Below are positions 58,433 through 64,000 of a DNA stretch of 64,000 nucleotides, piece by piece (the stretch's first letter is position 1; every line of letters starts with the position of its first letter). Source of the stretch: Alphaproteobacteria bacterium (GTDB taxonomy: Bacteria > Pseudomonadota > Alphaproteobacteria > Puniceispirillales > Marisalimonadaceae); the NCBI GenBank assembly GCA_038131545.1, contig JAYPPQ010000004.1, positions 599,095 through 663,094 of the forward strand, read 5' to 3'. Both the position numbers and the translations under genes were made by a program. Under the pieces are notes generated by a model, which saw only the letters and a list, made by a program, of their open reading frames with translations, had not been told where the DNA came from and searched no databases.

Positions 58433-61390
58433 TTAATTAATTTTCTCTATAATTAATGGTTCTAAAAAATTTGCTATATGAACAGCTTTTATTTCAGATT
58501 GGTCTTTGATTTGAGCTCGGCAGGAAGTACCGTCGGCTATAACAGTTGGATTTTTATACTTTAAAATAGAGGGAATAAGTTTAGCCATTGCCATCTTTAT
58601 TGACACCTCATAAGTTTCTTTATTGTACCCAAATGAACCAGCCATTCCACAACAGCTTGTTTCTATATTCTCAAGCTGAATTTTAGGAACTTTTTTCAAA
58701 ATTTCTACAATTGGATTTACAACATCAAAAGCTTTTTGGTGACAATGTCCATGAAGTAAAACTTTATTATTATATGGTTTAAAATTAAAGTTGGATATTT
58801 TTTTAAATAAGAGTTCTTCAAATGTGAAACTATTTTGTGAAAGTAAAAGCGCTTCTTTACTTTTTATTAAAGAGGGTAACTCGTCTCTGAAAGATAAAAT
58901 GCATGATGGTTCTAATCCAACAACTGGGACACCTTTTTTTAAAAAAGGCAAAAATGTTTTTAAAATATTTTCGTATTCATTTTTTGTTTTTTCTATTAAT
59001 CCATAAGTTAGAAAGGTTCTACCACAACATAAATTTTTATTATTAATTTTTGGAAGAAATGGACTGAAACCCAATTTCTTTAGAACCCTTATTGCAGCTC
59101 TTATATTTTCAGGTTCGTGGAATCTATTAAAACTATCTGGAAAAACAATTACTGGATTTGTTATGTTTTTATCAAGTTCTGAAGCTAATTCATTATCTTT
59201 AAAATAATTCATTTTAGTTAAAGGAATATCTCTTTTTGCTGAAATATTTAAGAAAGCCTCATTAATAAAATTTAAAATTTTTAACTTCTGTAAAATTTTT
59301 AATATTGGATAAAAATAACTTAGGTATTTACTGTATTTTGGTAAGTATGCTACCAATTTTTGTGATAAAGAAAGGCCGTATTTTTCGTGACGTAGTCTTT
59401 CTATTTCAATTTTCATTTTTGAAATATCAACACTCGTAGGACATTCTTTCTTGCATGCTTTGCATGAAACACAAAGTTTCATCGTTTCAAACATTTCTTT
59501 TGAAGTAAGTGCATCATTTTTAAATTGACCAGTTAAGGCTAATCTAAGAGTGTTAGCTCTTCCTCGTGGTGAATCTTTTTCATCTTTAGTCACTCTGTAA
59601 GAAGGACACATAACTCCATTTTCTAATTTACGGCAAGATCCATTATTATTACACATTTCAATAGCGCCTTGAAAACCATTAGATTTTCCTGGCCATGAAG
59701 ACCAATCCATAACCGTTTTTATGTCCAAGGCTGAGTAAGCAGGAGAATATCGAAATAAATTTCTATCGTCCATTTTTGGTGCATCTATGATTTTTTCTGG
59801 ATTAAAAATTCTATTTGGGTCAAATAAATCTTTTGCCTGTCTAAAAATATTATTAACTTTTTTATCAAACATTTTTTCAATGAATTCTGATCTAACAATC
59901 CCATCTCCATGCTCACCTGAAAAAGAACCTCCAAATTTTTTAACTAAGGCACAAGCTTCTTCCGCAATCATTCTCATTTTTTTAACATCTTCATTAATTT
60001 TCATATTTAAAACAGGACGGACGTGCAAACATCCTACTGAAGCGTGAGCGTACCAAGTGCCATGCACATTGTATTTTTTAAAAATTTTCGTTAAACCATC
60101 AGTATATTCAGCTAGATTCTCAAGATTTACAGCACAATCTTCTACAAAAGAAACGGGTTTACCTTCACTTTTCATAGACATCATTATATTCAATCCAGAT
60201 TTTCTCATTTCTGTAAGGCGAGATTGATCTTTGTCATTTAGTATTTTTACAACTCCTCCGGTTTTAGCTTTACTATCCCAACTAAAACCTAGGTCTTGCA
60301 TCATTTTTTCTAATTCATTTAATTTATCTAAGTTTATAGTTTGATTTTTATCTGCAAACTCAACAACGAGTAATGATGCTGGATTCCCTACGACAATATC
60401 TTTAACAGTTTGTTTAAAAATTTGAATATCATTGGCCAATTTTAACATTGTGTCATCTATTAATTCGACTGAAACTGGATTCAATTTTACAATATGTTGA
60501 GCAGCGTCCATTGACTCATAAAATGAAGGAAAATGACATACTCCCATCACTTTTTTACTAGGCAATTCTGATAATTTAAGTTTAATTTTTGTGAAGTATC
60601 CCAGGGTCCCTTCCGATCCAACTAGAAAATGAGATAGGTTTATACCATCACCTTTTTTTCCATTTGGTCTGTAGGACATTGCATCTGGCAAAAGAGCATC
60701 TACATTATATCCTGCAACTCTTCGTAATACTTTTGGGAAATCATTTAAAATTACATTCTTATTTTTCTTTACCTGTTCATACAATTTAAAAATGTTATTG
60801 TTAAAAACATTCAAATTAGAATTATTTTTTAGTTCATCAATATCTAGATCACCAAAACAATATTCTTTTCCGTCATTTAATATTGCTTCAATTGACAACA
60901 CATTATCTCTCATCATTCCGTATTTAAGAGATCTTCCGCCACAGCTATTATTTCCAGCCATTCCTCCAATGGTAGCTCTACTAGATGTTGATACATCTAC
61001 TGGAAACCAAAGACCAAAGGGTTTTAAAAATTTGTTAAGTTCATCTAAAACTATTCCTGGTTCGACAGTACAAGTTTTATTTTTTTCATCAAAATCAATA
61101 ATCTTATTAAAATATTTTGAATTATCAATTACAAGTGAACGATTAACTGTTTGACCACATTGTGAAGTGCCCCCTCCACGTGGAAGAATTGAAATATTAT
61201 TATTAAGACAAAAATTAACTGCTTTAATTACATCATCTTTAGATTTAGGAATAAATACAGCTAAGGGTTGAATTTGATAAATTGATGCATCTGTTGAATA
61301 CCTTCCTTTTGAAAATTCGTCATCATAAAATTCTCCATTGGTAATGGTTTTTAATTCAGAAAGAGGTACTGGTACGAAATCTTTTGGCAT
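58433..61390 (-). CDS. fused FAD-linked oxidase (GlcD-like) + 4Fe-4S/CCG (GlcF-like) protein, YdiJ-like
   Basis: 985 aa. It has a PCMH-type FAD domain (LPRGGGTSQCGQ), a CVSCKACKKECP ferredoxin-type motif, and C-terminal CCG repeats (LCCGRTF, SCCGMAGSFG). Confidence 0.75.
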   Translation of the reverse strand: MPKDFVPVPLSELKTITNGEFYDDEFSKGRYSTDASIYQIQPLAVFIPKSKDDVIKAVNFCLNNNISILPRGGGTSQCGQTVNRSLVIDNSKYFNKIIDFDEKNKTCTVEPGIVLDELNKFLKPFGLWFPVDVSTSSRATIGGMAGNNSCGGRSLKYGMMRDNVLSIEAILNDGKEYCFGDLDIDELKNNSNLNVFNNNIFKLYEQVKKNKNVILNDFPKVLRRVAGYNVDALLPDAMSYRPNGKKGDGINLSHFLVGSEGTLGYFTKIKLKLSELPSKKVMGVCHFPSFYESMDAAQHIVKLNPVSVELIDDTMLKLANDIQIFKQTVKDIVVGNPASLLVVEFADKNQTINLDKLNELEKMMQDLGFSWDSKAKTGGVVKILNDKDQSRLTEMRKSGLNIMMSMKSEGKPVSFVEDCAVNLENLAEYTDGLTKIFKKYNVHGTWYAHASVGCLHVRPVLNMKINEDVKKMRMIAEEACALVKKFGGSFSGEHGDGIVRSEFIEKMFDKKVNNIFRQAKDLFDPNRIFNPEKIIDAPKMDDRNLFRYSPAYSALDIKTVMDWSSWPGKSNGFQGAIEMCNNNGSCRKLENGVMCPSYRVTKDEKDSPRGRANTLRLALTGQFKNDALTSKEMFETMKLCVSCKACKKECPTSVDISKMKIEIERLRHEKYGLSLSQKLVAYLPKYSKYLSYFYPILKILQKLKILNFINEAFLNISAKRDIPLTKMNYFKDNELASELDKNITNPVIVFPDSFNRFHEPENIRAAIRVLKKLGFSPFLPKINNKNLCCGRTFLTYGLIEKTKNEYENILKTFLPFLKKGVPVVGLEPSCILSFRDELPSLIKSKEALLLSQNSFTFEELLFKKISNFNFKPYNNKVLLHGHCHQKAFDVVNPIVEILKKVPKIQLENIETSCCGMAGSFGYNKETYEVSIKMAMAKLIPSILKYKNPTVIADGTSCRAQIKDQSEIKAVHIANFLEPLIIEKIN

Positions 61391-61480
61391 TTAAAATTTT
61401 ACGTTTTAAAAAAGGTGTTATTTGTATTTAATACATATATATATATTCTTATAATATTAAAGATTTAACAAGGATTAATA

Positions 61481-62659
61481 ATGAGTGATCGAAAATACAA
61501 ACCTGGTAAACATTTTTTACAATTGCCTGGACCATCTAATGTGCCAGATAGAATTTTGAATGCTATGTGTTATCCTACAATTGATCATAGAGGCCCAGAG
61601 TTTTCAGAGTTGGCATTGAAATGTCTGAGTGGTATCAAAACAATCTTTAAAACAAAGAACCCTGTTATTATTTTTCCAGCATCAGGAACAGGAGCTTGGG
61701 AAGCTGCTTTAGTTAATACATTAAATGATGGAGATAATGTTTTAATGGTTGAAACTGGACATTTTGCATCTCTTTGGAACAATATGGCACAAAAATTAGG
61801 TCTTAAGGTAGAACTTTTAAAGACAGATTGGAGACAAGGTTTAGATCCTAACGAAATAGAAAAAAGATTAAGACTTGATGTAGAAAAAAAAATTAAAGCT
61901 GTTTGTATAGTTCATAATGAAACTTCAACAGGATGTACTGCTAATGTAAAAGCTGTTAGGGATATTTTGGATGATTTAAACCATGATGCATTATTAATGG
62001 TTGATACAATTTCTGGTTTAGCATCTATAAATTATGAACATGATGAATGGGGTGTTGATATTACTATTTCAGGATCTCAAAAAGGATTAATGCTTCCACC
62101 TGGGCTATCATTTAATGCAATATCTGAAAAAGCAATTGATATTTCAAAAAAGTCAACACTTAGAAAATCTTATTGGGATTGGGCTGAATATTTAGAATTT
62201 AACAAGACTGGTTTTTTTCCTTACACGCCTGCCACCAATATGTTGTTTGGATTAAATGAAGCTATTAATATGCTTCACGAAGAAGGTCTTAATAATGTTT
62301 TTAAAAGACATGCAAGGTATTCAAAAGCTACTAGGATCGCTGTTGAAGCTTGGGGATTGGAAGTTTTTTGTCAAAATGAGGAAAGATTTTCTGACGTATT
62401 AACTGCAGTTGTGGTTCCTGAAAATAAAGATGCTGATCAGTTAAGAAAAATTATATTAGAAAATTTTAATATGTCCTTGGGAAATGGATTATCCAAGCTA
62501 AAAGGTAAAGTTTTTAGAATTGGTCATCTAGGTGACTTAAATGATTTAAGTCTTTTGGGAACATTAAGTGGAGTTGAAATGGGTTTAGATTTAATACAAA
62601 TACCTATTAGAGAAGCTGGAGTTGAAAAGGCAAGAGAGTACTTAAAAGAAAATTTATAA
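61481..62659 (+). CDS. class V aminotransferase (serine/alanine/ureidoglycine-glyoxylate aminotransferase type)
   Basis: TISGSQKGL PLP-lysine motif; 392 aa; SGAT/AGXT/PucG-like. Confidence 0.8.
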   Translation: MSDRKYKPGKHFLQLPGPSNVPDRILNAMCYPTIDHRGPEFSELALKCLSGIKTIFKTKNPVIIFPASGTGAWEAALVNTLNDGDNVLMVETGHFASLWNNMAQKLGLKVELLKTDWRQGLDPNEIEKRLRLDVEKKIKAVCIVHNETSTGCTANVKAVRDILDDLNHDALLMVDTISGLASINYEHDEWGVDITISGSQKGLMLPPGLSFNAISEKAIDISKKSTLRKSYWDWAEYLEFNKTGFFPYTPATNMLFGLNEAINMLHEEGLNNVFKRHARYSKATRIAVEAWGLEVFCQNEERFSDVLTAVVVPENKDADQLRKIILENFNMSLGNGLSKLKGKVFRIGHLGDLNDLSLLGTLSGVEMGLDLIQIPIREAGVEKAREYLKENL

Positions 62660-62661
62660 AT

Positions 62662-63966
62662 ATGAGTAAATTTAGTTTTTTTAGTGATTTAGTAAATACT
62701 TTATTTGATAAGAAGAATAGAAAAAAAAATTTTAGTTTTCTTTTTGAAAAAAAACAAAACAAGTCTCTTTTAGAATATATAGAAAATGTTAATGATGCTA
62801 AAGGAGAGATTTCTGCTTTAAGTTATTCAGAAGAATTATTGAATTATTTAAGTCAATGTGATCACAAGACATTAGTTAGTTTTTTTGAATATTTGGAAAA
62901 AGATTATGATTTAGAAATTAATTCAATAGAAGAAGTTTTAAAAAATTATAACAAGAAAAAAGAATACAATTTTTATAAAGACATTAAAAAAATTTCTGAA
63001 TCAAAACGCTCAGAGATATTCAGACGTTTGAATTCAACTCAACATGGAACGATTAACTTAGTAAAATTAAGAGAAAAGTTGCTAGACCTTTTAGATAAAT
63101 ATCCAAATTTTCGAAAAATTGATTTTGATTTATCGTCTTTATTCAAGGATTGGTTTAATAGAGGTTTTTTAATATTAAAACCAATTGATTGGGAGACACC
63201 AGCTAATATTTTAGAAAAAATTATTGAATATGAGGCTGTTCACCAAATCAAATCTTGGGATGAGTTAAGATCTAGGTTAGAGCCCGATGATAGAAAATGC
63301 TTTGCATATTTTCATCCAGCTATGGAAGACGAACCCCTAATTTTTATTGAAGTAGCTCTAACTAAAAATATTCCAGCAAAAATAAACGAAATTCTTGATC
63401 CAAATAGATTAATGATAAAAAGTCAAGAAGCTACGACAGCTGTTTTTTATTCAATTTCTAATTGTCAAAAAGGTTTACAAGGAATTTCTTTTGGCAATTT
63501 TTTAATAAAGCAGGTTGCCAAAGATTTACAAAATAATTTTGAAAATTTATCTAAATTTGTGACCTTGTCACCAGTTCCAGGATTTAGTAAGTGGTTAAAA
63601 TCGATTGATACGAATTTCTTTAATAAAATGTATAATAAATTATCTACTAATAAAATTCAAAAAAGTGAAGCTATACTGAACGAAAATATTTTAAAATATT
63701 TCTTTATCTCAAATAGAATAGATAATCTACCAAATGATCCTGTGGCAAGATTTCATATTGGAAACGGTGCAATTTTAGAAAGAATTAATTTTTTATCTGA
63801 CACTTCTGAAAAAGGATTAGAACAATCCTTGGGTTTTATGGTCAATTATTTATATAATTTGGAAGATGTTGAGATTAATCATGAAAAATATGTTGTTGAT
63901 AAAAAAATTAATACCTCTAAAAGTCTAGAAAAAGAATTTATAAAATTAAATATTGAGATAGGATAA
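62662..63966 (+). CDS. malonyl-CoA decarboxylase
   Basis: MCD-family core ...FYSISNCQKGLQGISFGNFLIKQV...TLSPVPGF...ARFHIGNGA; 434 aa. Confidence 0.75.
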   Translation: MSKFSFFSDLVNTLFDKKNRKKNFSFLFEKKQNKSLLEYIENVNDAKGEISALSYSEELLNYLSQCDHKTLVSFFEYLEKDYDLEINSIEEVLKNYNKKKEYNFYKDIKKISESKRSEIFRRLNSTQHGTINLVKLREKLLDLLDKYPNFRKIDFDLSSLFKDWFNRGFLILKPIDWETPANILEKIIEYEAVHQIKSWDELRSRLEPDDRKCFAYFHPAMEDEPLIFIEVALTKNIPAKINEILDPNRLMIKSQEATTAVFYSISNCQKGLQGISFGNFLIKQVAKDLQNNFENLSKFVTLSPVPGFSKWLKSIDTNFFNKMYNKLSTNKIQKSEAILNENILKYFFISNRIDNLPNDPVARFHIGNGAILERINFLSDTSEKGLEQSLGFMVNYLYNLEDVEINHEKYVVDKKINTSKSLEKEFIKLNIEIG

Positions 63967-63968
63967 AA

Positions 63969-64000
63969 ATGAAAAAAATTATTTACTTGTTAACAACTAT
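63969..64000 (+). CDS. partial CDS (first 10 codons only)
   Basis: ATG at 63969 gives MKKIIYLLTT..., a signal- or TM-like start that continues off the window. Confidence 0.3.
   Translation, partial: MKKIIYLLTT

Noticed and set aside
61435-61446. An (AT)6 dinucleotide run in the divergent promoter at 61.4 kb.
   Set aside because: It is too short to be a convincing contingency locus, and this is common in AT-rich intergenic DNA.
1008-61782. About 32 short ORFs on the track lying antisense inside longer genes, for example 1008-1199, 7329-7538, 9750-10037, 11439-11786, 18658-18942, 19126-19449, 28556-28885, 35034-35402, 41719-42009, 52089-52355, 58791-59006 and 60792-61154.
   Set aside because: Each is fully embedded opposite a gene with clear family motifs. 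Their translations are low-complexity, with no recognisable motifs. Shadow ORFs like these are expected in AT-rich DNA.
1-64000. Search for tRNA, rRNA, CRISPR arrays, IS elements, integrases, toxin-antitoxin or defence-system genes, and riboswitch-like GC-rich structured leaders.
   Set aside because: None was seen. No T-loop GGTTCGAATCC-type sequence occurs outside coding context. There are no spaced direct-repeat arrays and no transposase, recombinase or nuclease-helicase-like ORFs. Intergenic regions are too short and AT-rich for known riboswitch folds. This was a by-eye inspection only; covariance-model searches would be needed to be sure.

Overview
AT-rich (about 30% GC by eye) and extremely gene-dense window: about 70 genes, spacers mostly under 100 bp, many 4-20 nt gene overlaps, standard code. 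I found no rRNA, tRNA, transposase, integrase, phage, CRISPR or recognisable defence genes. It reads as core or accessory chromosome of a streamlined marine alphaproteobacterium of the SAR11/Pelagibacterales type; that is an inference from composition and gene content, with no search run. Content from left to right: (1) 1-20.8 kb, small-molecule catabolism: GST, glycerate kinase, crotonases, CoA-transferase, MFS transporters, thiolase, an acyl-CoA dehydrogenase pair, and a four-carbon acid-sugar module. (2) 20.9-26.1 kb, an iron homeostasis island: MbfA-like exporter, Fe3+ ABC binding protein and permease, Fur, and Fur-box-like sites. (3) 27.3-33.9 kb, a DapA-like / Ldh_2 / AbrB / amino-acid ABC module plus an orphan DUF1989 gene. 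(4) 33.9-62.7 kb, a large purine-to-ammonia nitrogen-scavenging supercluster: xdhAB, NCS2 permease, deaminase, urate hydroxylase PuuD, HIU hydrolase, OHCU decarboxylase, hydantoin/allantoin racemase, hydantoinase-type amidohydrolase, allantoicase, ureidoglycolate lyase, ureDABCEFG, a Pot-type ABC transporter and a glyoxylate aminotransferase. (5) A malonyl-CoA decarboxylase at the right edge. The most notable observations follow. Nine single-base frameshifts disrupt seven otherwise well-conserved genes. Eight are one-base deficits in A/T homopolymers, and six of the nine fall in the four genes of one ABC transporter. An apparently circularly permuted photolyase/cryptochrome-like protein is present. 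A hydantoinase-type enzyme sits where an allantoinase is expected. I did not find a clearly new multi-gene system such as a defence island; the candidates below are hypotheses from reading the sequence only.
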